DNA from: Candidatus Kapaibacterium sp.
GTDB taxonomy: Bacteria; Bacteroidota; Ignavibacteria; Kapaibacteriales; UBA2268
Direction: 5' to 3'
DNA length: 64,000 bases
NCBI GenBank assembly: GCA_963665665.1
Contig: OY762428.1
Span: 1,733,200-1,797,199, forward strand
Shown: positions 9,674 through 19,096 of the stretch, piece after piece
Position numbering within the stretch: the first letter of the stretch is position 1
Layout of the letters: the number at the start of each line of letters is the position of its first letter
The notes under the pieces: model-generated
Databases searched by the model: none
Told to the model about the DNA's origin: nothing
The model's input: the letters and a program-made list of their open reading frames with translations, nothing else
Made by a program: the position numbers and the translations under genes

Positions 9674-11030
9674 CTACATTTTATCCACAGTTGCATTTAA
9701 TTTGCCCCAAATTGGTTGCACTTAAAAAAACTCAATCCGGTATGTATACCCCAATGTATAGGTAAAATATTTATTATAATATCTGTAACATATTATATTT
9801 TCACGTATATAACTATTGTTATTTATGAATTCCCCAACTGCAACCAATTTGGGGTGAAACCACTTGCTTTTTTCATTTTCGAGGAATATTTTGGAAAATT
9901 ACTATCATATTCCATATAAAAACGACCTATAACAGACCCAGGTCGCATTAAAATGTCTGCTATACCCCAAATCGGTTGCATTTCGCCCCAAATCGGTTGC
10001 ATTTATTTTTTTATTTCCTTGTTTTAAAAGGGTTTTCTGCATCCTAAAATATATAAAATAATTAAAAGATATAAAACAACAACAACAGAGCATCATCACC
10101 CCAAATCGGTTGCATTTAAAATATTATTCGTTGTTGTTGATTCTTTTTTTCAGAATTAAAATAAGAATAAGAATACTAACTATATAAATATCAACTACTA
10201 CATAAGCCTGTACATAGTATTATAAACACCCGGTATGTATACCCCAATGTACAGACAGAAAGTACGACTAAGTTATTGCTAACAGCAATGATATAACTAT
10301 TTCCCCCGCGCCGGTCGCAAGCTCCCGACTCCCCTCCTTTTCCTGACGGCTCCGCTAACGCTCCGGAGCAAAGTCTAACGACATATTGCCAAAAGGAGGG
10401 GAGCCGGAAGCACGTGTTTGCAAACCGCTCGCTGTCGCTCACGGGCAAGCCACGGCACCGGCGCGGGGGAACTTGTTTAACCCAGTCAGGAAAAGGATTT
10501 CCTTCCCCAATATCCAAATGCAACTAATTTGGGGTCAGGTCGAATATTTAGGCAAGCCTAAACCAAAAATTATTACATCCGAATTCTCAGGCAACAATGT
10601 GATGAAGAAAAGAAAAACAAGAAAAAAAACGAAACCCGACCCACCAAAAAGGTCGCATTATAATCCCGTCGTTCATTATATATTCATTATTAATATTCTA
10701 TGTCTAATTGATTCAATAGTTTAATATGTTTCTATTTTCTTCCTTTCCCCAACTGCAACCAATTTGGGGTGAAACCACGGACAAAAGGATGATCTGCGAC
10801 CAAAAACCAGGCAAACAGTGGCAAACAGGCAGAAAAACAGCAGGAATATTAACAAAAACTAATAAAACTACCAATTTGACCCCAAATCGGTTGCATTTCG
10901 CCCCAAATTAGTTGCATTTAACGTAAAAATCTAAAAAATGACCCCAAATCGGTTGCATTTCGCCCCAAATTAGTTGCATTTAACGCAAAAATGTAAAAAA
11001 TGACCCCAAATCGGTTGCACTTAGAGAAAA
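9665..11030. repeat. Iteron array: at least 12 copies of the 19-bp CCCCAAATCGGTTGCATTT (and variants) in both orientations
   Basis: Copies near 9705, 9838(rc), 9963, 9984, 10099, 10518(rc), 10751(rc), 10882, 10903, 10943, 10964 and 11005. A second repeat, CCGGTATGTATACCCCAATGTA, occurs at 9738 and 10230. Confidence 0.75.
10304..10469. repeat. GC-rich nested long inverted repeat (cruciform/hairpin candidate) within the iteron region
   Basis: CCCCCGCGCCGGT (10304-10316) pairs with ACCGGCGCGGGGG (10457-10469). The inner arms CTCCCCTCCTTTT (10330-10342) and AAAAGGAGGGGAG (10391-10403) also pair. Confidence 0.6.
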
Positions 11031-11049
11031 ATATTACTATTTTAATATC

Positions 11050-12381
11050 GTGAGCCCGGCGAAGCCGGGTCCGGACGCCAGACATTTTAATAAAAAAAAG
11101 AAATTATTTCCCGGCAGAGCCGGGAATAAAACATTTTGTTATAAAAAAGCATCGGGAGATGAGCCTTTGAGGTGGTTTTCTCTAATAACATCGCTTATAG
11201 CGGCGGTATTTTTCTTATACATGTTCCTCCGGGGCATGGCATACTCCGAGATAGAGGAGGCAAGGGCAGAGAAAAGGGCAACCGACAGTATCCTTAACTC
11301 GGAATCAATTCCGGCGCCAGTGGAAGAGGAAAATGTCCCGGAGGGTTTCTTTCGCGTAAGGGGAGGGGCATATAATAACATAAGCATTCTGCGGGGAAAG
11401 ATTGACGGCATGCTGATCGGAAATGCCTGGACAATGACGGACAAGGAAAGGATAACGTCCTTCTGTTACTACTGCGATATCGATACGGACATAAAGCTTC
11501 TTGTAAGCTATTCGCGTTTTCAGCAGTATGAAACAAACGACGCTAAAGTAAAAAAAAGAAAAAAACCGTCTTACCCTTTGTTTACCTGGCTGGAAAAATC
11601 CGATTATTCCTATGTCGGATATAATATGAAAAAGGGCATGGCCCTTATTCTTCCTCCGCAACCGGAATTATATTATATAAGCCGCAGGGACGCTTCGGGA
11701 AGCGAGGACAACATATTAATGCCTGCCATGCGCGACGACAGGAATACGAAGATATACCGTTCCTTCGGCAGTGAGAGAATATCGTTTTTTGCCGCAGAGA
11801 AGGATTTTATGTTCCGCATTAACGAGGCTCCCTGCCGTGAGACGATGAAGTTTATGGATGAGGAAAGAAAATCGGTTTACCTGCTTCCCGGGGAAACTTA
11901 CGATACGGGGCTTTGGACAGACAGGGGGGATCAACTGATAATATTCTTTACAGGAAGCATAAAGGTAAGCTCGTTAAACTACGGGGAAAGGACATACTGG
12001 CCCTGCCATGACGCCGACAATTACCGTTGCAGTCATTATTACTGCCGGGAGGGTCAGGAAGGCTTTATAAGCCTGCACGCCCTTGATTCGTCGGCTCTCC
12101 TTTCAATAGAAATAAAGAGGGGATACGGCGAGAAACTGGACCTTGAACCAGGCAAAGCCGCTTACATGGATTTGTTCGAGGGCGACGAGTTTGTGTTTTT
12201 CTCTAAGTCAAGGTTTTATCTTAACGGCAAATTGCAGGATCCGATATACGGCCATTACAGTGACGCCCTGTGGAGCGGCAAAGGCCGCTTTACCGCCGAC
12301 AGCAACTGCACGGTGGAGATAAGGGCTTCGGTCAATCCTAAAACAATATACATCAGGTCAATAAAAAGAAGGGGTTACTGA
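11050..12381 (+). CDS. Hypothetical membrane-anchored protein, first gene of the GC-rich plasmid operon
   Basis: 443-aa ORF. The true start is probably an internal Met (MFLRGMAYSE...). There is an N-terminal TM segment and no recognisable family. Confidence 0.4.
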   Translation: MSPAKPGPDARHFNKKKKLFPGRAGNKTFCYKKASGDEPLRWFSLITSLIAAVFFLYMFLRGMAYSEIEEARAEKRATDSILNSESIPAPVEEENVPEGFFRVRGGAYNNISILRGKIDGMLIGNAWTMTDKERITSFCYYCDIDTDIKLLVSYSRFQQYETNDAKVKKRKKPSYPLFTWLEKSDYSYVGYNMKKGMALILPPQPELYYISRRDASGSEDNILMPAMRDDRNTKIYRSFGSERISFFAAEKDFMFRINEAPCRETMKFMDEERKSVYLLPGETYDTGLWTDRGDQLIIFFTGSIKVSSLNYGERTYWPCHDADNYRCSHYYCREGQEGFISLHALDSSALLSIEIKRGYGEKLDLEPGKAAYMDLFEGDEFVFFSKSRFYLNGKLQDPIYGHYSDALWSGKGRFTADSNCTVEIRASVNPKTIYIRSIKRRGY

Positions 12382-12382
12382 T

Positions 12383-12697
12383 ATGTTTTTTACGGTATTA
12401 TTCCTTGCCCTCGGGGTATGGATTTTTGACTTAATAACGGGAACGCTGGACTATTATATATTTATAATTTACGCTTTCATGTCCGTTTACCTCGGCATTT
12501 TCTACTTTGCCCGTTATACCACGAGCCGGTCAGAAAAGGCCATATACAACAAATTCACGAATATGGTGGAGGATTTGAGCGACAGGGCTGATTACCTCGA
12601 GGCGAGGAGACAGGGCAGAAACAGGGCGAGAGCCGAGAGCATGTCCGAGATGATAGGCAGACGAAGATTATCGGAGGGAAAAAGATATGAGCGATAA
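12383..12697 (+). CDS. Small membrane protein (2 TM + charged tail)
   Basis: The gene is tightly coupled (2-bp gap) to the upstream gene. It has a hydrophobic N-terminus and an R/E-rich C-terminus. Confidence 0.4.
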   Translation: MFFTVLFLALGVWIFDLITGTLDYYIFIIYAFMSVYLGIFYFARYTTSRSEKAIYNKFTNMVEDLSDRADYLEARRQGRNRARAESMSEMIGRRRLSEGKRYER

Positions 12698-13445
12698 AAA
12701 GTATATAGTAAAGCTTGATCAGGGCGAGTACGATGCCTACCTGAAGATGAGGGAAAGGGGAGACATTCCCTCCGGACTGGTAAGCTCAAGGCGCGGCCCC
12801 TCCGGAGGGCAGCTTATGATAAACATGCCTCCTCCGGAGCCGTCAGGAACGATTATGGGGAACAATTACCAGGGAAAGAGGCTGGACTCCTACAACAGCC
12901 TTTTGAACAGGTACATGAACCTTATAAACGGTTTTATGAAGCTTGAGAGGCTTTATCACAAGTATGAGAATATAGAAAAATATTTCTACAGCGACGACCT
13001 TGATATAGAGATAGAAATAAAACATAAGGAAAATTATTTAAACAGCCTTACCGAATCATATAAAACAACGGTAAGCGACGAGGAGCTTAAAAGAAAAATG
13101 AACTCCTATAAGATGGAACTGGCAGACATAAGGCTTGAGGAAAGACGCCTTAAACTACAGGCAAAGGGGGAGAAAGAGGAAATGACTGCTGCCGAGAGTT
13201 ACCGTCGCGAGCAGGAGGAAAAGCTTGAACTGGAAGCCATAAAGGCAGAGTACAGCCGCAAAAGGGAGAGGATGAAGCTTGAGGAAAGGCTGGCAAACAG
13301 GAGGGAGCTTGACGAATATTTTATGAAGATGTCGGAGAGTATTTTAAAGGGCAGGACAGCGGAGGAATTAAGCCCGAGGGAAAGAACCGATTACGAGAAC
13401 CTTGAGGACGAGTATAATGCCTGCTTCGGAAGGGATTTTGAGTAG
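12687..13445 (+). CDS. Charged coiled-coil protein
   Basis: The start overlaps the upstream gene. The E/K/R-rich heptad-like C-terminal half indicates a coiled coil. Confidence 0.45.
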   Translation: MSDKKYIVKLDQGEYDAYLKMRERGDIPSGLVSSRRGPSGGQLMINMPPPEPSGTIMGNNYQGKRLDSYNSLLNRYMNLINGFMKLERLYHKYENIEKYFYSDDLDIEIEIKHKENYLNSLTESYKTTVSDEELKRKMNSYKMELADIRLEERRLKLQAKGEKEEMTAAESYRREQEEKLELEAIKAEYSRKRERMKLEERLANRRELDEYFMKMSESILKGRTAEELSPRERTDYENLEDEYNACFGRDFE

Positions 13446-13448
13446 TTT

Positions 13449-15215
13449 ATGAAAAAAAGCGGAATAGTTCTCGGAAAGGACAATAATGGCAATGATGTAT
13501 TCATGCCTGCCAAAACCAGGTCAACGCACATGCACGTGATAGGATCCACGGGAACGGGAAAATCAAAATTTTTCGAGAGCATGATAAGGCAGGATATATT
13601 AAACCGCCAGGGGCTTTGCCTTATAGACCCTCACGGTTATCTTTTCCATGACATAATAAGGTGGTGCGAGACCATGGGCCTGAGGAACGGCAGGCTTGCA
13701 AAGAACATTGTTTTGCTGGATCCGTCTGCCGACGGATGGGCCTTCGGTTTTAATCCGCTTCGCGGAGGAAGCTGCGAGATAAGCTATCACGTGGATACTA
13801 TGGTAAAAGCCGTAAGCAAGGTATGGGGAGGAGAGAACTCCGACAGGACGCCGCTTCTTAAAAGAGCTTTAAGAAGCATCTTTCACGTTCTTGCCGAGAA
13901 CGAGCTTTCATTGCTCGAGGGGAGGTTTTTAATCGATCCCGTACATGCGGAAACAAGAAAGAAACTGACGGAAAACATCAGCGACCCGGTAATAAAACAG
14001 CAGTGGGATTATTTTAACGAGCTTAAGCCCAAGCCTTTTTACGACGAGTTTGGCTCGACCATTAACAGGCTCATGGAATTTTTTTCATCTCCCCTTATAC
14101 GGGCAATGATAGGGCAGACCGAAAAAGTCATAGACTTTCGGTCAGTAATGGACGAGGGAAAGGTAGTCCTTGTAAACCTGTCGTCCTCCGACCGCGTTTC
14201 CCCGGACAATGCCCGTCTGCTCGGCTCTCTGATTGTTAACGACCTTTTTATGAGGGCTATGGGAAGGCCCGAGGGAAGCAGGCCTTTTTATTTGTACATT
14301 GACGAGTGCAGCCTTTTTGTAAACGAGGATATAGAGCGCATACTCAACGAGGGACGTAAGTTCGGCCTTCACCTTATCCTTGCCCACCAGCAGCTTAAGC
14401 AGTTAAAGAAACAGGCCGGGGAGGGCGTCTATGACGCCGTTATGGGAAGCGCAAAGACAAAGGTGATATTCGGAGGGCTGTCTTATGAAGACGCCGAGGT
14501 CATGGCCAACCAGGTATTCCTCGGTGAGATAGACCTCGAGGAGGGTAAGAAATCCCTTCGCAGGAAAGCCGTCACTGGCCAGGTAAGGATATGGATGAAA
14601 AGCATGTCTGAGGGTGAGAGTGAAAGCACGGGCAGGGGGGAGGCAGACTCCTGGTCGGAGACGGAGACGACAAGCACAGGGGATTCTTCTTCTGCATCAT
14701 TGACTTTCCATGAATCGGGCCTTGTAAGAAGCCAGGGAAGCGGCATGAGCAGCGGGGAGAGCTTTTCCACGTCAAGCTCAAAGAGCGTCAGCAGTTTTAG
14801 TTCCGAGGGGAAAAACAGGAGTAATGGCATAAGAGAGAGTTTTCAGAATGTATATACCGAGCAGGAGGGAGGCCTGTTTTCTTTAGAGGAGCAGAGGTAT
14901 AAGAAGATGGCGGTAATGGTAAACCAGGAGCCGAGGCAGGCGGTGGTAAAACTGCCTGCAAAGAGGAGTAATGTCATAGAAACGCCTTTTGTAAGGGAGG
15001 GCATAGCAAGGCGTGAGAGGGTGGAAAGATTTAAGCGCGAATGCTTCGGGAGCGAGGATTTTGCCATGACGCGAAAGGACGCTGAAAGGCTTATTGACGA
15101 GAGGCATGGCAGGCTTACAGCCGGGGAAGCGCCGGAAAACGAGGAGGAAATCACCGGGCTGACGGATTTTGAGATAGTGGACGATATTCCGGATAGCTGG
15201 AAAGATCTGAAATAA
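13449..15215 (+). CDS. T4CP-like (TraD/TrwB/VirD4, FtsK-HerA superfamily) P-loop ATPase with Ser/Glu-rich C-terminal tail
   Basis: Walker A (IGSTGTGKS) is followed by LIDPHGY, as in the coupling-protein DPKGE box. Walker B is YLYIDECSLF. There is no N-terminal TM segment. Confidence 0.55.
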   Translation: MKKSGIVLGKDNNGNDVFMPAKTRSTHMHVIGSTGTGKSKFFESMIRQDILNRQGLCLIDPHGYLFHDIIRWCETMGLRNGRLAKNIVLLDPSADGWAFGFNPLRGGSCEISYHVDTMVKAVSKVWGGENSDRTPLLKRALRSIFHVLAENELSLLEGRFLIDPVHAETRKKLTENISDPVIKQQWDYFNELKPKPFYDEFGSTINRLMEFFSSPLIRAMIGQTEKVIDFRSVMDEGKVVLVNLSSSDRVSPDNARLLGSLIVNDLFMRAMGRPEGSRPFYLYIDECSLFVNEDIERILNEGRKFGLHLILAHQQLKQLKKQAGEGVYDAVMGSAKTKVIFGGLSYEDAEVMANQVFLGEIDLEEGKKSLRRKAVTGQVRIWMKSMSEGESESTGRGEADSWSETETTSTGDSSSASLTFHESGLVRSQGSGMSSGESFSTSSSKSVSSFSSEGKNRSNGIRESFQNVYTEQEGGLFSLEEQRYKKMAVMVNQEPRQAVVKLPAKRSNVIETPFVREGIARRERVERFKRECFGSEDFAMTRKDAERLIDERHGRLTAGEAPENEEEITGLTDFEIVDDIPDSWKDLK

Positions 15216-15230
15216 TGTATTATAATTTAA

Positions 15231-16208
15231 TTGTTATTTATAATATTTTATTTATTAATAATATTTATGGCGGAAAGAAGAAGAAAAAAATTTAAGCCGG
15301 ATCCATCTGTATCCTTCCAGTTGCAGGAAAGGGACGTTGACATTATTCACGACGTTTATACTCACCGCTTCTTAGACACTTCCCTTATCACTCTCAAGAC
15401 GGGCGCAAGCCGCCAGGCAGTGCAACGCCGCCTTAACAAGCTCTATCATAATGGCTACCTGTCCCGTCCCGGAACGCAGAGGACGCGCCAGGGAAACAAC
15501 AGCATGGTCTATGCCCTCGGCAACGAGGGGGCGCGCCTGCTTGCCCGGCGCTATGACTATGACATAGAGCGTCAGAACTGGGCGTGTAAGAACAGGGAGA
15601 GCAAGAACGACTATCTTGACCACAGCCTTATGACGGCGCGTTTTCTTATCCTTGCCGAAGTGTTTTGTAAGACATACGCCAATAAGATTGATTTTATTCC
15701 CGCCCGTGAAATGATAAGCAAAAGGCCCGTTCCGGCTAAGGAGAGGTTTAACCCCCTGTCCTGGAGAGTGGAGGGAAAGGCTTTTCCGGAGTACAAGGGT
15801 TCTGTCGTTCCCGACGGAGCCTTCGGGCTTAAGTATGCCCTGAAGGACGGCAGGAAGATGGAGAAGTATTTTTTTATCGAGGCAGACCGTTCCACAATGC
15901 CTGTTAAGAGGAATAACCTTAACAGGTCTTCATATTTTAAAAAGCTTATTGCCTATTGGGAAAGCTTTGACCAGGGACTTTTTGAAAAGTACTGGGGTTT
16001 TAAGTCAGCAAGAGTCCTGACCCTTACCCTGTCTGTCGAGCGTTCCCGCAATATCCAGGCTGCCTGCCGGGAGCTTGACAGGAAAGGCCGCGGCCTGGGG
16101 CTTTTCCTCTTTGCTCCCGAAGCGGTCTTCAGGCATGAAGATGTTAAGACCTTTATAGGAAGGAACTGGATATCAGGTGCAGGGAAACAGGTCTCGGTCG
16201 TGGAGTGA
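15231..16208 (+). CDS. Replication-relaxation family protein (putative relaxase-like/DNA-processing wHTH protein)
   Basis: The N-terminal wHTH-like region (DVDIIHDVYTHRFLDTSLITLKTGASRQAVQRRLNKLYHNGYL) resembles the Replic_Relax family. The gene is adjacent to a T4CP-like ATPase. Confidence 0.45.
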   Translation: MLFIIFYLLIIFMAERRRKKFKPDPSVSFQLQERDVDIIHDVYTHRFLDTSLITLKTGASRQAVQRRLNKLYHNGYLSRPGTQRTRQGNNSMVYALGNEGARLLARRYDYDIERQNWACKNRESKNDYLDHSLMTARFLILAEVFCKTYANKIDFIPAREMISKRPVPAKERFNPLSWRVEGKAFPEYKGSVVPDGAFGLKYALKDGRKMEKYFFIEADRSTMPVKRNNLNRSSYFKKLIAYWESFDQGLFEKYWGFKSARVLTLTLSVERSRNIQAACRELDRKGRGLGLFLFAPEAVFRHEDVKTFIGRNWISGAGKQVSVVE

Positions 16209-16360
16209 ATATTTGCCTGAAGCGCTATGTTCCTGCTTTTCCTTTGCTCCTGTTAAGACATATTTTGCTTTTATCATGCTGAAATTTGATATGATTTTGA
16301 GTTGTAAGTTGTAATTCCGGCCTGTTTCTGACCGTTTATGGCTATGCACATATATGTAAC

Positions 16361-16439
16361 ATTAATTGCACTGTTATTGCACTGTTATTGCACTGTTATT
16401 GCACCGTTATTGCACCGTTATTGCACTGTTATTGCACTG
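16361..16439. repeat. Tandem repeat of 11 bp, TTATTGCAC(T/C)G, 7 copies
   Basis: Read directly: ttattgcactg x3, ttattgcaccg x2, ttattgcactg x2. Confidence 0.85.
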
Positions 16440-16699
16440 GTTGTTCTTTGTCTGTGTCGTGATATGTATCCGGTATTTGACAATCACTGAACAATCACTG
16501 CAAACAGTATCGCATAGCAGAAAACAGGCAGATTAATACAATGCAAAAGGCAATAAACAAGCAAATAATTGTTTCCCGGATCAATATGGAGCATCAATAT
16601 ACGATCAGACAAGTACCCGAAAACATCAATTTTTTACATTTTTTAATTATGTGCGGGCTAATTTTGTAAGCTGTCGCAACCATGTACCGCCGGGCGTAA

Positions 16700-16969
16700 T
16701 TATCGTTTGTTTTTCCATTCTTCCGGTTTATAATCCAGGTTGATGAATTCCTCTGCTTTTTCTTTATTGAAACTGTAGAGCTTAGAATATCCTTTGTCAC
16801 CGACGGGCCTTGTGCCGCTTACAAGCATCCACGAAGGCTTATATTCTTCTATCCATGCCATTTCCTCGTCGGTAAACAGGTTGTTATTCCGGCAAAGGCT
16901 GCATTTTCTTTTAAACTTATTGAATTCTCTTATGTTCATAGATAAAAACCCTGTAAAATATAATGTCAT
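16700..16969 (-). CDS. Hypothetical small protein
   Basis: 89-aa ORF in an AT-rich region with no recognisable domain. Confidence 0.2.
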   Translation of the reverse strand: MTLYFTGFLSMNIREFNKFKRKCSLCRNNNLFTDEEMAWIEEYKPSWMLVSGTRPVGDKGYSKLYSFNKEKAEEFINLDYKPEEWKNKR

Positions 16970-17394
16970 TAACGTTTGAAAGAAATATTATTGAATAATA
17001 ACAATCGAAAATATGCTTTTGTTTCAGATAGTAATTGAATGATTGTATTAATTATCAACAGAATATATTTAAGGCATTGAAAAATATTCCTTAATGTTAT
17101 ATAATTTTCATGCCGCGCGCCGCCGATGCCACGCCGGATAAAAAACACCTACCAGGGGGCTGCCTTAGGACAGGGGCGGCCCCGAATAAAAGTTTTTTCC
17201 AATAAGCGGCGGCTCTCCCTGACGGGTTCCCTGCCAAAAAAAAAGGCGGGAGGGTAGCCGGGCTTATCCGCTCCTTGACGAACCCGCCTGTATAATGGGC
17301 GATAGGCCGGTATCACCACTAAAAGGCCGCGGCAAAAAGAAAAACGGCATCCTGCATCAAAATAATGCGGGGCGCCGTTTTAATTGCCCGGAAA

Positions 17395-18444
17395 TCATAT
17401 TCGGAGCAACTTTTTAATATCCTCATCTTTTAAAAGGTGAGGTTTTTTTGCGTAAGGCATTGGCGTTATCGCCCTGACAAAGAAATGCTCCGAGAGCTCC
17501 TGCGTCCACTGTTTTCGGGCTTTAAGTCCGGGTTCGTCGTGATCGGCTATAATTAGAACTCTTGCCGAGGGGCTCAAAACAGCCCTCAGGAGGCTTTTTT
17601 GTTCAATTGCAAGGTTTGTACCCATCAGAGCCGCAACGTCCCTGTATCCCGCCCTGGCGAGCCTCAGGACGGACATAAAGCTCTCTGTGAGGATCAGTTT
17701 TTCGGCTCCGTCTTTGATCTTATGGATGTTATAGATTTCCGCATTCTTTTTAAAGCCCTCAGGAAACTTGTATTTTCCTTCCAGTTCGGCCTGCTCACGT
17801 GTCACGGCCCTGCCGCAGTAAGCGACAAGCTCGCCTTTCCTGTTTCTTATCGGTATGACAATTCTGCCGGACATAAGGCCTTTATTGCAGAAACCAAGCC
17901 CAAACTCCCTGATGATATTTTTGGGTATTCCTCTTTCGCTAAAGAATGGATGTTTATTGTCTAAGTTTTTCAGTTCGAATGTCAGGGGCTCGTTAGAGCT
18001 TGTTTCCGCTTTTTCTTCACTGGTTTGAGTATTGTCCTCCTGTGGCGCATTCATGAACCATCCCTGCAGGAGCAGGGCAGCTTCATGAAAGCTTATTCTT
18101 TCCATGTTCTTTACGAAGTCGATTACGTTGCCGCCGCCCTTACACTTGCCGAAGCAATTGTATATTCCTTTGTCAATGTTTACGGAGAACTGCCTGTCAT
18201 TGCTTCCCCCGTGTACGGGGCAGCAACCGGTCAGGTTTTGTCCTGATTTTTTTAACTTTTCAAGGAGGCCGTAGCGGGAGAGAACATCCCTAAAGTTTAC
18301 GGTCGCTTTTAGCTCGCGGTAGTCAACCCATTGTTTCTTTTCTGTCATGATTATGCCTTTCTTTTTTTTAAAGGAACTTTTTTCTTTAATACTAGCCCGG
18401 TAAGTGATTTTAGTAAAGGGCAGGCCTTCAGGCTGATAATGCAT
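17395..18444 (-). CDS. DNA primase, DnaG-like (CHC2 zinc finger + TOPRIM)
   Basis: CHC2 zinc finger (CCPVHGGSNDRQFSV...CFGCKGGG) and TOPRIM motifs (LILTESFMSVL, VLIIADHDEPG). The true start is probably the internal Met at 18348 (MTEKKQW). Confidence 0.75.
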   Translation of the reverse strand: MHYQPEGLPFTKITYRASIKEKSSFKKKKGIIMTEKKQWVDYRELKATVNFRDVLSRYGLLEKLKKSGQNLTGCCPVHGGSNDRQFSVNIDKGIYNCFGKCKGGGNVIDFVKNMERISFHEAALLLQGWFMNAPQEDNTQTSEEKAETSSNEPLTFELKNLDNKHPFFSERGIPKNIIREFGLGFCNKGLMSGRIVIPIRNRKGELVAYCGRAVTREQAELEGKYKFPEGFKKNAEIYNIHKIKDGAEKLILTESFMSVLRLARAGYRDVAALMGTNLAIEQKSLLRAVLSPSARVLIIADHDEPGLKARKQWTQELSEHFFVRAITPMPYAKKPHLLKDEDIKKLLRI

Positions 18445-18453
18445 TTTAGCGTC

Positions 18454-18516
18454 AGCTTAGCCATGTCAACCTCGTACAAGTCTCCAAATTGACAAAGGCC
18501 ACAGCGATCAGCCGCT
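18454..18516. repeat. 63-bp direct repeat, copy 1 (partner at 19033-19096, about 90% identical)
   Basis: The sequence agcttagccatgtcaacctcgtacaagtctccaaattgacaaaggccacagcgatcagccgct contains the inverted hexamers TGTCAA...TTGACA. Confidence 0.7.
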
Positions 18517-18593
18517 TTGTATGTCTTATCATCCTGAAGCTCAGAGCGCCGTTTCAGTCATGATTTTTTAATTAAAGGCGTTCAAAAAAAAAT

Positions 18594-18902
18594 ATGAGTA
18601 ATCTTAAAAATTACTTTCCGGGAGTTTTTATCACTACCGGAATACATGAACTTGCGCGATCAAAGGAATGTTTCTGGCTCCTTGACCTTATCGTGTCTTA
18701 CCAGGCACATCCCGTTGTCGGTAAAGAACCATTTCAGTCTTACAGGCTAAAGGTCAATCCGGACGAATCCGCAACGCTTACCGTTACCGACGGCAATGAC
18801 AATGTCCTTGCCGAAAGGAAAATACCCTGGACTGATTTTGCGGGTTCTGCGCTTACCGTCTGGTGCGTTGATAAAATCATTTTGTTGCCTTCTGAATACT
18901 GA
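18594..18902 (+). CDS. Hypothetical protein
   Basis: 102-aa ORF flanked by the 63-bp direct repeats. Confidence 0.3.
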   Translation: MSNLKNYFPGVFITTGIHELARSKECFWLLDLIVSYQAHPVVGKEPFQSYRLKVNPDESATLTVTDGNDNVLAERKIPWTDFAGSALTVWCVDKIILLPSEY

Positions 18903-19032
18903 AGGCAACATTTTCTTTTTTTTATAAAGGCAGCTCAATGGAGCTTTTTGTTAATTATTCCGGGGAGCGCAAGTCTTTACTTTATGCTTTTATAACCCCT
19001 TTTGTGCCCGTCGGAATCCTCATTATAGCGGC

Positions 19033-19096
19033 AGCTTAACCGTGTCAACCTCGTACGGAGTCTCCAAATTGACAAAGGCCAGAGCGATCAGCCGCT
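19033..19096. repeat. 63-bp direct repeat, copy 2
   Basis: agcttaaccgtgtcaacctcgtacggagtctccaaattgacaaaggccagagcgatcagccgct. Confidence 0.7.
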
